This document shows positions 43,269 through 53,599 of a DNA stretch of 64,000 bases, in pieces. Numbering within the stretch: the first letter of the stretch is position 1; every line of letters starts with the position of its first letter. The position numbers and the translations under genes were made by a program. The stretch comes from Candidatus Daviesbacteria bacterium. GTDB taxonomy: Bacteria; Patescibacteriota; Microgenomatia; Daviesbacterales; UBA10151. The notes under the pieces are model-generated. The model was not told where the DNA came from. It searched no databases and saw only the letters and a program-made list of their open reading frames with translations. The DNA lies in NCBI GenBank assembly GCA_030699125.1, contig JAUYKM010000018.1:34884-98883 (forward strand). Reading direction: 5' to 3'.

Positions 43269-44198
43269 TTACTCTGACCCTCTTTTTTGCTCTATACATT
43301 CTAATAAGTCCTTAGTTTGGGTCCATCCGCATCCCCCATCTTTCTGTCTTTCACATAAGGCATCTTTATAACATTCATACTCTTCCCTAAATTCACAGGT
43401 GGTAACAATATCTTTTTCTTCTTCATCTACACAAAGCTGATTACTACATCCTGCCACAAAACAACCTCCTATATTTTCCACCACTTTAACAGTTTGTAAA
43501 ATTTTCTCCCCCTCTTCACCTATAATTCTGAAAAGATACATTTTTTCACTGCTAGCAAGATAAATAAATTTTGGTGAGCCGGGCTGGTAAGTCACTATTC
43601 CATATTGTGCCAGCTGTCCGGAAATGGTGGCTTCCCCTTTTGGAGCAACATCATCTCTTCTGGCTGTATAATCTCCCCAGACAAAAGGATAATACCAATA
43701 ATTTTCATAGAATTGTTCTATGTCTAGTTTGTTGGGATTATTAAAAACCCAAAGAGTGAATGGATTGGTCTCAAAGTTATCTTCTTTTTCTAAAACCACC
43801 ACTGCTCCTAAATTGTCAGCTGGTGGATAGGCTACATATGCGGTAAAATTTTTTCTAAACTCCCCATTTCCTCTTTTATTGAACTCTTCTTCACTATCCT
43901 CTTTGACAACTAAATTCTTTTTGGAATATTCAAACTTAAAGCCAAGATCTTTATTCGTATATGTTTCTAAACTATCTTTTTGTTTATCAGGGGGTGGGAT
44001 AAAATTTGGTGGATTATTTTTGTAATTTAAATAAAAATATCCACTACCAAAAATGATTACTAAACTAATCAGCACAAGGATTATTGGGGCAGATCCTCTT
44101 TGTTTATAATTCGAGCGAAGCGAGAATTTCAAGCTTTGCTTATACTGAGCGTAGTCGAAGTACATAATATAATGATAGATTAGGTATTGCCAAAACAC
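43269..44198 (-). CDS. Membrane-anchored secreted protein, paralog 3 of the family, with a C-terminal cysteine-rich domain
   Basis: 309 aa. Helix APIILVLISLVIIFGSGYFYL, motif ETYTNKDLGFKFEYS, and a C-terminal CFVAGCSNQLCVDEEEKDIVTTCEFREEYECYKDALCERQKDGGCGW (9 Cys). The true start may be the internal Met at 44163-44165. Confidence 0.65.
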   Translation of the reverse strand: MFWQYLIYHYIMYFDYAQYKQSLKFSLRSNYKQRGSAPIILVLISLVIIFGSGYFYLNYKNNPPNFIPPPDKQKDSLETYTNKDLGFKFEYSKKNLVVKEDSEEEFNKRGNGEFRKNFTAYVAYPPADNLGAVVVLEKEDNFETNPFTLWVFNNPNKLDIEQFYENYWYYPFVWGDYTARRDDVAPKGEATISGQLAQYGIVTYQPGSPKFIYLASSEKMYLFRIIGEEGEKILQTVKVVENIGGCFVAGCSNQLCVDEEEKDIVTTCEFREEYECYKDALCERQKDGGCGWTQTKDLLECIEQKRGSE

Positions 44199-44222
44199 AA
44201 CTTATTCTGTTAACATCATCAA

Positions 44223-44876
44223 ATGCCAAGAAAAAAATCAGGCCAAATTATACCATTGCCTCAAGATAGAGTGGGATGGCTGATGAGTATTCCGGAAAGA
44301 GTTATATCTTTGCGTCCCTCCAGAAAAACATATATTATTCTGGTAATTGTCGGCGTATTGCTCCTGGCGCTTTATAAAAAAGAATGGTTTATTGCAGCAA
44401 CTATAGATGGTACCCCCATCACAACCTTGGAGCTTTTCTCCCGTATGAATCAACAATTCAGAACCCAAACTATAAACCAAATTGTCAATGAAAAAATTAT
44501 TTTGATGGAGGCGTCCAAAAAACAAGTAGCTGTTTCCTCCAGTGAGATTGATCAAAAGATTGGGGAGCTAGAAACCCAGGTCGGGGGTCGCGAAGTTTTT
44601 GAAAATTTACTTACTCAACAGGGCCAAACTAGAGATTCTTTAAAAGAGCAAGTCAGGCTTCAGCTGATTATAGAAAAACTGTACGCTAATGAGGCTACAA
44701 TCTCAGCAGAGGAGGTTGATAAATTTTTGGAAACAAATAGTGCTCTTCTGACCTCCACTGACTCAGCCAAACAAAGAGAAGAGGCTAAGGAAACTATTAA
44801 ACAACAGAAATTATCTCAAATTTTTTCCGAAAAATTTCAACAGATCCGCCAAAGCGCTGATATAAAAATTTACTAA
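44223..44876 (+). CDS. SurA N-terminal-domain-like / PrsA-like periplasmic chaperone
   Basis: 217 aa. TM/signal helix then a SurA_N-like helical domain. No PPIase domain. Confidence 0.5.
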   Translation: MPRKKSGQIIPLPQDRVGWLMSIPERVISLRPSRKTYIILVIVGVLLLALYKKEWFIAATIDGTPITTLELFSRMNQQFRTQTINQIVNEKIILMEASKKQVAVSSSEIDQKIGELETQVGGREVFENLLTQQGQTRDSLKEQVRLQLIIEKLYANEATISAEEVDKFLETNSALLTSTDSAKQREEAKETIKQQKLSQIFSEKFQQIRQSADIKIY

Positions 44877-44924
44877 ATATTAATTACCCTTATTATCTTA
44901 ACCCACTTCCACTATAATTAAACA

Positions 44925-45953
44925 ATGGAACTGCGAGTGATTCCGCCGGGCCAAAAATATCAATATAATAAATTTGTCACTCATGTAATCCAATCTTGGC
45001 AATGGGGAGATTTCAGAAAAGATTTAGGCTTACCGGTGTTAAGATATGGCATTTATCACAAAGGTCAAATATCACGGGTATTTCAGCTGACCTTACATAA
45101 AATTCCCTTTACTAAGAAATATGTTGGCTATCTGCCAAAGGGTCCCATGATAGATCAAGAATTAGTCCAAGCGTTGAAACAAATAGGTAAACAGGAAAAT
45201 TGTGCTTTTATTAAAGTTGAACCCGATGTGAAACTACCAACTACCAACCATCCGCTTCGCGAGGCGAGCCAACTACTACCAACTGAATTCATTAAATCTC
45301 CCAAATCTCTTTTTACCAAATATAATTTTGTTTTGGATATTACTAAATCAGAAGAAGAACTTTTAAAAAATACGCACCCAAAAGTAAGATATAACATCCG
45401 TCTGGCCCAAAAATATAAAGTAACAATTAAGCAAGGATTTAACGAAAAGGCTTTTGAAACATATTTAAAACTATATTTTCAAACTGTTAAAAGGCAGGGT
45501 TATCTGGGACATAATGAAACTTATCATAAAAAGGTTTGGGGTATTTTAAAAAATGCCAATATGGCAAGGCTTCTTATCGCCTACTACAAAGATGAACCCT
45601 TGGCTTGTTGGATGCTTCTTAATTTTCACGATACCCTCTATTATCCTTATGGCGGGTCCTCAATGGAGTTTAGAAATGTGATGGCCTCAAACCTGTTGGC
45701 TTGGGAAGCAATTCTTTTGGGTAAAAAAATGGGGCTGAAGAAATTTGATATGTGGGGAGCTTTAGGACCCAATGCTTCCCCCAAAGACCCTTGGTTCGGA
45801 TTCCACAAATTCAAACAGGGATATGGAGGGGAGTTGGAAGAATATATTGGCACTTATGATTATGTTTTTGACTGGCCGCTCTATTTAACATTTACTGCTA
45901 TAGATAAATTAACCCCGCTAAAAGTTTTCTTGTTAAAATTGCTAAAGAAATAA
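44925..45953 (+). CDS. FemAB-family peptidoglycan interpeptide bridge aminoacyltransferase
   Basis: 342 aa, FemX-like N-terminus and overall length. Contains ctaccaactaccaacc (LPTTN). Confidence 0.7.
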   Translation: MELRVIPPGQKYQYNKFVTHVIQSWQWGDFRKDLGLPVLRYGIYHKGQISRVFQLTLHKIPFTKKYVGYLPKGPMIDQELVQALKQIGKQENCAFIKVEPDVKLPTTNHPLREASQLLPTEFIKSPKSLFTKYNFVLDITKSEEELLKNTHPKVRYNIRLAQKYKVTIKQGFNEKAFETYLKLYFQTVKRQGYLGHNETYHKKVWGILKNANMARLLIAYYKDEPLACWMLLNFHDTLYYPYGGSSMEFRNVMASNLLAWEAILLGKKMGLKKFDMWGALGPNASPKDPWFGFHKFKQGYGGELEEYIGTYDYVFDWPLYLTFTAIDKLTPLKVFLLKLLKK

Positions 45954-46453
45954 TGGATCTGACTCTTTTTATATCTTTCGGTGTGTTAATCGGTTGTGCT
46001 ATTGGGTTATCCTGGTTTGCCGGATCTGATGCTCCATTTGTTCCGACCAAAATGGAGAATATTAGAAAAATTTTAAAATTGGCTAATGTAGGTAGGGGGA
46101 GAAAATTTTATGAATTGGGATCCGGTGATGGCAGGGTAGTGATTGAGGCAGCCAAACTGGAAGCTGATGCAGTTGGTATTGAACAGTCTTTAATTAGAGT
46201 CATCTATTCCAGATATACTGCCTCAAGATTAAAATTGAAAAATGCTAAATTTTATCATGGGAATATTTTCTCAAAAGATTACACTGATGCGGATGTTATT
46301 TATATTTATCTTCTTAATAAAGGGGTGGGGAGATTAGAGGAGAAGTTAAAAAAAGAATTAAAAAAGGGGTCAGTTGTAATCACTCAAACTTATCATTTCC
46401 CCAACTGGAAACCATACCAAAGCCAAGGAGATTTTTGGTTATACAGACAGTAA
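45953..46453 (+). CDS. Class I SAM-dependent methyltransferase
   Basis: 166 aa. N-terminal TM helix and SAM motif I ELGSGDGRV. Confidence 0.55.
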   Translation: MDLTLFISFGVLIGCAIGLSWFAGSDAPFVPTKMENIRKILKLANVGRGRKFYELGSGDGRVVIEAAKLEADAVGIEQSLIRVIYSRYTASRLKLKNAKFYHGNIFSKDYTDADVIYIYLLNKGVGRLEEKLKKELKKGSVVITQTYHFPNWKPYQSQGDFWLYRQ

Positions 46454-47530
46454 TTCTTTTGCTGAATTTGTTAATTGTTTAAGCCCACTCTTTTCTAGTA
46501 AAAATAAATCCTCAATTCTCACCCCTCCAAATCCTTCTACATATATTCCCGGTTCTATGGAAAATACCATTTCTTCTTCTAAATGATCCCTGCTTTTGGG
46601 TGATAAACTGGGATGTTCGTGTACTTCCAGTCCTATCCCATGGCCTAAAGAATGTGGAATGGTAGGAAAATCTTTGGATCTGATATATTCTCGCGCCACT
46701 CTATCAACATCTCTGGCCAAAATTTCCTTGCCTTTTTTTATGCTTTCATTTATGAAATCTGCACTTTTTTGTTGGGCCCCAAGAACAGTCTCATACATTT
46801 TTATTTGTTTGCTAGCTGGTTTGCCAAAAAACACAGTCCTTGTCATATCAGAACAATAATTTTGGAATTTCACACCAAAGTCCATTAAAACAAACTGATT
46901 TTTTCTTAACCTATCTTTTCCTGGTTGGTGATGAGGATATGCTGCATTTTTACCAAATGCAACAATGGTTCTAAAAGAAGGTTCATAATCCAATTTTTTA
47001 ATTTCATTATCTATTACAAAAGCAGTTTTCTTTTCAGAAATTCCTAATTTAATTTTTGTTACTGCTTTTTTAAAAACTTCATCACCAATTTGACATGCTT
47101 TGGAAATTAATTCAATCTCATCTTTATCTTTAATAGATCTTTTTATTTTTAGGTCAAAGTTTTTTAGATTTTTAAAAACCAAAACTAATTTCTTATATTC
47201 ATAAACCCTTAAATCATGTTCTTCAATTCCAATATAAGCATCATTATTTTTTAAGATTTTCTGCATTACTTTTGCAGGTGGCTCCCTACGACTTATTTCA
47301 ATTACTTTAAAATTTGGGATATTTATAGCCTTACTGTAAACAGAATGAGTTAAAATATAATTTCTATCTTTGGTTATTAAAAGATAACCATCTCTTTCCT
47401 CTTTAAAAAAATTGGAATAGCCGGTCAGGTATGTAATATTAGGAACAGATGAGATTAAAACTCCATCCAATTTTTCTCTTTTTAAATGTTGCTTTAATAT
47501 TTTTATTCTTCGCTCAAACATGGCTGACAT
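46439..47530 (-). CDS. Xaa-Pro aminopeptidase (M24B family)
   Basis: M24 motifs HGIGLEVHE and the C-terminal pita-bread domain. Start chosen at MSAMFERR (47528-47530), because the longer ORF overlaps sbcD. Confidence 0.8.
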   Translation of the reverse strand: MSAMFERRIKILKQHLKREKLDGVLISSVPNITYLTGYSNFFKEERDGYLLITKDRNYILTHSVYSKAINIPNFKVIEISRREPPAKVMQKILKNNDAYIGIEEHDLRVYEYKKLVLVFKNLKNFDLKIKRSIKDKDEIELISKACQIGDEVFKKAVTKIKLGISEKKTAFVIDNEIKKLDYEPSFRTIVAFGKNAAYPHHQPGKDRLRKNQFVLMDFGVKFQNYCSDMTRTVFFGKPASKQIKMYETVLGAQQKSADFINESIKKGKEILARDVDRVAREYIRSKDFPTIPHSLGHGIGLEVHEHPSLSPKSRDHLEEEMVFSIEPGIYVEGFGGVRIEDLFLLEKSGLKQLTNSAKELLSV

Positions 47531-47562
47531 TGTAGCATGGACTATGATAAAATCGCGAATGT

Positions 47563-48714
47563 ATGAAACTGCTTCATTTTTCTGATATCCACATAGGTAT
47601 GGAGAATTATGCAAAATTGGATCCCGAAACAGGATTATCCACCCGTTTATTAGACTTTTTTAATACATTTGATTTCATTGTTGAAAAAGCTTTCGAGGAA
47701 GATGTAGACGCAGTCGTATTTGCAGGGGACGCTTACAAAGCCCGCGATCCAAATCCCACCCAGCAGAGGGGTTTTGGGGAAAGAATAAAGAAACTGGCCA
47801 AAAAAATTCCGGTAGTTTTGGTGGTGGGAAATCATGATACCCCTAATGCAGAAGGAAAGGCCAATACTTTAGACATTTATTCTGCTTTAGAGATTGAAAA
47901 TGTTTATGTTTCCAGAAAAGTTGAGCTACTTAATATCCCGACCAAATCAGGAATACTGCAAATTGTCACTCTGCCTTGGCTGCATAAAAATGATTACAAA
48001 AGTGTTGGTGATAAATTAGCTCTTTTATATAACAAGATTGAAAAAAGCTCCCCTGCCATATTTTTATCACACTGTGAAGTTGAAGGTGCCTCATACGGAT
48101 CTGAAAAAGGACTGGCCATTTCCAACGATGTCACAATTCCCTTACCGTTAATCCAGAATAAAAAACTCTCTTATGGTGCTTTGGGCCATATTCACAAACA
48201 TCAAGTATTATCTCAAAATCCCCTTATTGTCTATTCCGGTTCTCCTCAAAGAATTGATTTTGGAGAGGAAAAAGAGGAAAAAGGAATCTGTTTGGTAGAT
48301 ATCCCCCAAAAAGGCTTCGCTAGCTTTCAGTTTATCCCCACTAATGCCAGACAATTTTTAACAATTACCGTTGATTTAAAATCCAATGATCCAAACCCCA
48401 CCAAAACAATCCTTTCTGAGATTTCAAAAAATAACATCAAAGACAAAATAGTCAGGATAATAATCAATATTCCCTTTGACTGTAGTGAAGAAATTCAGAT
48501 GGATCAGATTAAAAAATCCCTTAAAGAGGCAAACTATGTTGCGGGGATTTCCCGGAATATAGAGAGAAAAGAGAGATTTAAAATTGATACAGCGGAGGAG
48601 GTGGAAAGACTAACTCCCATCCAGGCTCTACAAAAATATTTTGAATCCAAAAAATATTCTCCCCAAAAACAAAAAGAGTTGGAGGGATTCGCTGCCCAGC
48701 TTTTAGATTCTTAA
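47563..48714 (+). CDS. sbcD: Nuclease SbcCD subunit D (Mre11-like)
   Basis: 383 aa with phosphoesterase motifs HFSDIHIG, GDAYK and GNHD. Confidence 0.85.
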   Translation: MKLLHFSDIHIGMENYAKLDPETGLSTRLLDFFNTFDFIVEKAFEEDVDAVVFAGDAYKARDPNPTQQRGFGERIKKLAKKIPVVLVVGNHDTPNAEGKANTLDIYSALEIENVYVSRKVELLNIPTKSGILQIVTLPWLHKNDYKSVGDKLALLYNKIEKSSPAIFLSHCEVEGASYGSEKGLAISNDVTIPLPLIQNKKLSYGALGHIHKHQVLSQNPLIVYSGSPQRIDFGEEKEEKGICLVDIPQKGFASFQFIPTNARQFLTITVDLKSNDPNPTKTILSEISKNNIKDKIVRIIINIPFDCSEEIQMDQIKKSLKEANYVAGISRNIERKERFKIDTAEEVERLTPIQALQKYFESKKYSPQKQKELEGFAAQLLDS

Positions 48715-48717
48715 AAT

Positions 48718-50886
48718 ATGATTCCTGTTGCTCTTAAACTTGCTAACTTCACCTCCTATGGTGAGGGTGTTTCTGAACTTAACTTTTCCAAATTTCATTT
48801 GGCTGCCATTTCCGGACTTAACGGAGCTGGAAAATCATCACTTCTGGATGCCATTACCTGGTGTGTCTGGGGCACCTCCCGTGCCGGTGATAATGCAGAT
48901 CAGTTAGTTAAACTGGGCTCTCAAAAGATGACGGTGGAATTTTCCTTCGAGCTGGATGGTCATATTTATACCATTAAAAGAGCTCGTTTATTAAAAGGTG
49001 GCGGCTCAACAGCCCTGGAACTTTGGTCTGGTTCCACAAATTCACCGCTGCACAACCTCACAGAGGGAACAATCAAAGCCACTCAACAAAAAATAATCAA
49101 CTTATTGCATTTAACCTTTGAGACTTTTACTAACTCCTCATTTTTAAGACAAAATCATGCAGACGAATTTACCACCAAAGGACCTACTGATAGAAAAAGG
49201 ATTTTATCAGATATTTTGGGATTGTCTCATTATGACACCCTTGAAGAGAGGGCAAAAGAAAAAGTTAAAGAATTGCATTCTAAATTAGCTCTTTTAGAGT
49301 ATCAGCTTTTAGAGATTGAGGCTGAAGTTTCACAAAAGGATGAAAGCCAAAATAAATTAAAGGAGGCGCAGGAGAAAATTTCTCAAGTCGAGCAAACTCT
49401 TAAGAAAATTGAGGAGGAACTAAAATCAATCAGAGAGACAAAAGAAAAGCTGATCTTGGCAAATGAGCAAAAATTAAAATTGGAGCAAAATTTGAGGGAA
49501 GATAAAATAGAACTTAATGAAATTTTAAGTCAGGGTCAAAAAAGATCTGCGAGAATTAAAAGATTGGAAGAAGATATTATATCTTTGCCTGAGATTGATA
49601 AAAAACTATCTGATTTAAGTAAGCTGAGAAAAAAGCAGGATGAGATAAATTTACAAAAACAAAAAGGGTTGGAACTGCAAAAACTTTTGGCAACTTCAAA
49701 TGGAGAGTTGGCTGTTAAAAAACAAGCTGAGGAATCAATCAGAAAACAGATCCTGGAGATAGAGAATGACATCAAAAGTTTAGAGGCAAAAGGCGCTAAA
49801 TGTCCTACCTGTGGACAGGAAATTGGCAAAGAGCATAAATTAGAAGTTAAAAAACAACTGATAAAAAAAGTTCAGGATTTTGAAAAAGAGCTGGGAAAAA
49901 TTGATCTTACCTCTGAGCAAAATGATATTAAAAAATACCAAGAACTTCTAAAAAATATTACCCCAATTGAGGAAGGAGATCTTAGTAAACAGATTGAACA
50001 ACTAGAGATGCTTCAAGTTAGAAAAGAGACTCTACTAAAAGCTAAAGCTGAGCTGGAAAGTGAAAAAAGAGTGGTAGCAGAACTTCGAGAATTTTATAAA
50101 AATAAGCTATCTATGATTAAAAAAATAGAATTAGGACTTGCTAAATTACCGGATGTTAAAGAAAAATTAGATTACCTGAATGTGGAAAGCATAGCAAAGG
50201 AGGAAACTTTAACAAAGCTTCGGGAAGAAGAGAAAGAGGCACGAAATATTTTTGGACAAGTTAAAGAATTAATGAGTAGAACGCAACAGTTGGAAAAATT
50301 ACAAAAAATAAAGTTGGAGGAAAAGAATATTTTGGAAAAGGAGAAGGCCAACTTTGAGGAGCTTGCCTTAGCGTTTGGTAAAAAAGGGATACAGGCTATG
50401 ATTATAGAAACTGCCATTCCGGAGATTGAGGAAGAAGCAAATAAACTGCTCGAAAGATTAACGGAGGGTAGAATGAAAGTTAGGTTTGAAACCCAAAGGG
50501 AAACTAAGACTAAAATGGAAAGTGGTGAAAAGGGCATTATAGAAACCCTAGATATTATTATTTCCGATGAGATGGGGGAAAGAGAATATGAGCTATATTC
50601 GGGAGGGGAGGCTTTCAGGGTAAATTTCGCCATCAGAATTGCCTTGTCAAAACTCTTAACCAGAAGGGTAGGAGCCAGATTACAGTTTTTAGTCATAGAT
50701 GAGGGTTTTGGTACACAAGATATAGAAGGAAGGACAAAAATTGTAGAAGTTCTAGATACTATCAAAAATGATTTTGAGAAAATCTTAGTCATTACTCATT
50801 TGGAACAGTTAAAGGAGGAGTTTCCAGTACGGATTGAGGTCATCAAAGGAAGTTCCGGCTCCACCTTTGAAGTAGTTGGACTTTAA
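48718..50886 (+). CDS. sbcC: Nuclease SbcCD subunit C (Rad50-like, short coiled coil)
   Basis: 722 aa. Walker A GLNGAGKSSLLDA, zinc hook CPTCGQ, signature LSGGEAFRVNFAIRIAL, and Walker B LVIDEGFG. Confidence 0.85.
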   Translation: MIPVALKLANFTSYGEGVSELNFSKFHLAAISGLNGAGKSSLLDAITWCVWGTSRAGDNADQLVKLGSQKMTVEFSFELDGHIYTIKRARLLKGGGSTALELWSGSTNSPLHNLTEGTIKATQQKIINLLHLTFETFTNSSFLRQNHADEFTTKGPTDRKRILSDILGLSHYDTLEERAKEKVKELHSKLALLEYQLLEIEAEVSQKDESQNKLKEAQEKISQVEQTLKKIEEELKSIRETKEKLILANEQKLKLEQNLREDKIELNEILSQGQKRSARIKRLEEDIISLPEIDKKLSDLSKLRKKQDEINLQKQKGLELQKLLATSNGELAVKKQAEESIRKQILEIENDIKSLEAKGAKCPTCGQEIGKEHKLEVKKQLIKKVQDFEKELGKIDLTSEQNDIKKYQELLKNITPIEEGDLSKQIEQLEMLQVRKETLLKAKAELESEKRVVAELREFYKNKLSMIKKIELGLAKLPDVKEKLDYLNVESIAKEETLTKLREEEKEARNIFGQVKELMSRTQQLEKLQKIKLEEKNILEKEKANFEELALAFGKKGIQAMIIETAIPEIEEEANKLLERLTEGRMKVRFETQRETKTKMESGEKGIIETLDIIISDEMGEREYELYSGGEAFRVNFAIRIALSKLLTRRVGARLQFLVIDEGFGTQDIEGRTKIVEVLDTIKNDFEKILVITHLEQLKEEFPVRIEVIKGSSGSTFEVVGL

Positions 50887-50900
50887 GCTACAATTATTAC

Positions 50901-51281
50901 ATGATCAAATTTCTGCCAAAATTGTTGCTGCCGCTAATTTTTTGGGGCAGTTTTATTTATGTAGTCTTACAAATTCCCTATCCTGAGTCTTTTTCTCAAG
51001 CCAGCCCTCAGCAACTTTTATATTTTTTTGTCAGTTTATTTTTTGCCATCACTTTGACTTTAAATATTTTTTTAAATTTTATTCTTTTGTCAGCATCAGT
51101 TGCTATTGGTATAATTCTTCTTCTTATTTTAAGGGCAATGGAATTTTTAAATATTGTCACCACCATTATGGTATTGATTGCAGTAGGTTTGCTTTTTTCC
51201 TATTTTGGGAAAATCAAAGGTAAAAAATTGACTTTAAATTCAAAAATCCCTAAACTGACACATCTAAGGAGAAGCAGATGA
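50901..51281 (+). CDS. Small multi-pass membrane protein of unknown function
   Basis: 126 aa, three predicted TM helices. 4-nt overlap with metG. Confidence 0.45.
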   Translation: MIKFLPKLLLPLIFWGSFIYVVLQIPYPESFSQASPQQLLYFFVSLFFAITLTLNIFLNFILLSASVAIGIILLLILRAMEFLNIVTTIMVLIAVGLLFSYFGKIKGKKLTLNSKIPKLTHLRRSR

Positions 51282-52699
51282 ATAAATATTACATTACTAC
51301 CGCTATTCCTTATGTTAATGCTGCGCCCCATATTGGGTTTGCCTTAGAAACCATTCAGGCAGACGCGATTGCAAGATATCATCGATTACTCGGAGAAGAT
51401 GTCTATTTTTCATCTGGTTCTGATGAAAATAGTTTAAAAAATGTTCAGGCTGCAGAAGCTGAAAATATTCCTACTCAACAACTAGTAGATAAATACGCCA
51501 AAAAATTCCAAGACTTGAAAGAAATTTTGAACCTTTCTTATGATATTTTTAATAGGACTGCCACTAAAAATCATTTTAAAGGAGCACAAAAATTATGGAT
51601 TTCATGTAAAAAAGAAGATCTCTATAAAAAAACCTACACCGGTCTTTATTGTGTAGGTTGTGAAGAATTTTATACTGAAGAAGAATTAGTGGAAAGACAT
51701 TGTCCGGAACATCCAAATATTATTCCAGATCAGGTGAGCGAAGAGAATTATTTCTTTAAATTAACCAATTACCAAACGCAATTAGAAGAATTAATAACTT
51801 CCAGCAAATTAGATATTATCCCCGAGACTAGAAAAAATGAGGTTTTATCCTTTATTAAACAGGGTCTCAAAGATTTTTCTATATCCCGATCTAAAGAAAG
51901 AGCAAAGAATTGGGGAGTACCTGTGCCAGGTGATGAATCTCAAGTTATGTATGTATGGTTTGATGCATTGGTAACTTATCTAACAGCACTTGGATATGGA
52001 AATAATGAAGAGTTATTCAATAAATATTGGACCAAAGACACACAAAAAATTCATGTGATAGGGAAAGGGATCATCAGATTTCATGCAGTTTATTGGATCG
52101 CCATGCTTTTATCTGTAAACTTTCCATTACCTAACACGGAATTTGTACATGGATATATCACTGTTAACGGACAAAAAATTAGTAAATCCTTAGGTAATGT
52201 GATTGATCCATTCCAATTGGTAGAAAAATACGGAACAGATGCACTCCGCTATTATCTATTAAGAGAAATCCCTGCATATGGAGATGGTGATTTTTCAGAA
52301 GAGAAGTTTAAGGAACTTTATAATGCAGATTTGGCAAATGGATTGGGGAATTTAATTTCCAGAATTGCTAAACTTTGTGAACAAAATAATATTGAGGCTT
52401 TTCCAGGTTCTTCTGTTTGGTGCGCTGATTTGGAAAAATATATGAAAGAATTTAAATTTAATGAGGCAATTGCAGTTATTTGGCAGCTTATCACTGAAAC
52501 AGATAAAAAGATTAACGAAGAAAAACCCTGGCAACTTAAAGGCGGAAAACTTAAGAAAATTTTAGAAGATTATATTAAAAGAATCCAGGCCATAGCCTTT
52601 AATCTCAGGCCATTTTTACCGGAAACGGCCCAAAAAATAGAAAAACAATTTTCAGGAAAAATAAAATCTGGCCCACCACTTTTTCCTAGAATTACATGA
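51278..52699 (+). CDS. metG: Methionyl-tRNA synthetase (core form)
   Basis: 473 aa. HIGH-type motif NAAPHIGF, zinc knuckle CVGCEEFY...CPEH, and KMSKS as KISKS. Confidence 0.9.
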   Translation: MNKYYITTAIPYVNAAPHIGFALETIQADAIARYHRLLGEDVYFSSGSDENSLKNVQAAEAENIPTQQLVDKYAKKFQDLKEILNLSYDIFNRTATKNHFKGAQKLWISCKKEDLYKKTYTGLYCVGCEEFYTEEELVERHCPEHPNIIPDQVSEENYFFKLTNYQTQLEELITSSKLDIIPETRKNEVLSFIKQGLKDFSISRSKERAKNWGVPVPGDESQVMYVWFDALVTYLTALGYGNNEELFNKYWTKDTQKIHVIGKGIIRFHAVYWIAMLLSVNFPLPNTEFVHGYITVNGQKISKSLGNVIDPFQLVEKYGTDALRYYLLREIPAYGDGDFSEEKFKELYNADLANGLGNLISRIAKLCEQNNIEAFPGSSVWCADLEKYMKEFKFNEAIAVIWQLITETDKKINEEKPWQLKGGKLKKILEDYIKRIQAIAFNLRPFLPETAQKIEKQFSGKIKSGPPLFPRIT

Positions 52700-53169
52700 A
52701 GAAAAATTTAAGGAAAATATCTAAAAAAGAATTGCAAAGAGGGGTTGATTATATTGGCATTACTTGTGTATTTTTTTGTCATGACGGAAGGGGGAATCTA
52801 TTATTTCATAAAAGGAGCCAGAACACCCGGGATGAAAGAGGTAATTGGGATGTGGGTGGTGGTTCTTTGGAATTCGGAGAATCATTTGAAGAAGGAGTTT
52901 TAAGAGAAATAAAAGAGGAGTATTGTTGTGATGTTTTAGATCTTAAACTAGTGGGCACAAGAAATGTTCTAAGAAAAAATCATGATAATAAAAAAACCCA
53001 CTGGGTTGCTTTACTTTTTATAGCCCAGGTAGATCCTGCGCAAGTTAAAATAGGCGACTCAGATGCTATGGATGAAATAGGCTGGTTTTCCCAAAAGAAC
53101 TTCCCGGAACCCATACATTCTTATTTCTATTCGTGCTTTGATTTAGTAAAAAAAGAAATACTTAAGTAA
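52696..53169 (+). CDS. NUDIX hydrolase
   Basis: Nudix box GGGSLEFGESFEEGVLREIKEEY. Confidence 0.8.
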   Translation: MKKNLRKISKKELQRGVDYIGITCVFFCHDGRGNLLFHKRSQNTRDERGNWDVGGGSLEFGESFEEGVLREIKEEYCCDVLDLKLVGTRNVLRKNHDNKKTHWVALLFIAQVDPAQVKIGDSDAMDEIGWFSQKNFPEPIHSYFYSCFDLVKKEILK

Positions 53170-53560
53170 AATATTTTTCTACTGCTTTATAGTGACCATC
53201 TACACAAAATTTTTTGTAGTTTTCTTTATTCACCCATCGATATTCACTATGCTCATCACTTAAAGTAACATCACCTGAAATATATTTACATCTATATCCC
53301 ACCAGAAATACTTTACCTTGATTTCTATGATCTTTGGGAAATTCTATCATCCAGGTGATAAATGGGTCGCCAATTTCAATTTCTAATCCGGTTTCTTCTC
53401 TGACTTCTCTTTTTAAAGCCTCCCTTAAATCATTTTCATCTTCTTTAATTTTCCCACCCGGTAAGTCTACACCTAGCTTAGGATCAACCAAGATTAGAAT
53501 TTCGCCTTTTCTGTCTATAAAAGCTTTTTGTCCTACAAAAAGCAATTGGTCGTCTTTCAT
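53162..53560 (-). CDS. NUDIX hydrolase
   Basis: Nudix box LPGGKIKEDENDLREALKREVREETGL. Confidence 0.8.
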   Translation of the reverse strand: MKDDQLLFVGQKAFIDRKGEILILVDPKLGVDLPGGKIKEDENDLREALKREVREETGLEIEIGDPFITWMIEFPKDHRNQGKVFLVGYRCKYISGDVTLSDEHSEYRWVNKENYKKFCVDGHYKAVEKYFT

Positions 53561-53599
53561 AGCTAAACAATAATACTAGAAAAATATATAATATTCATC

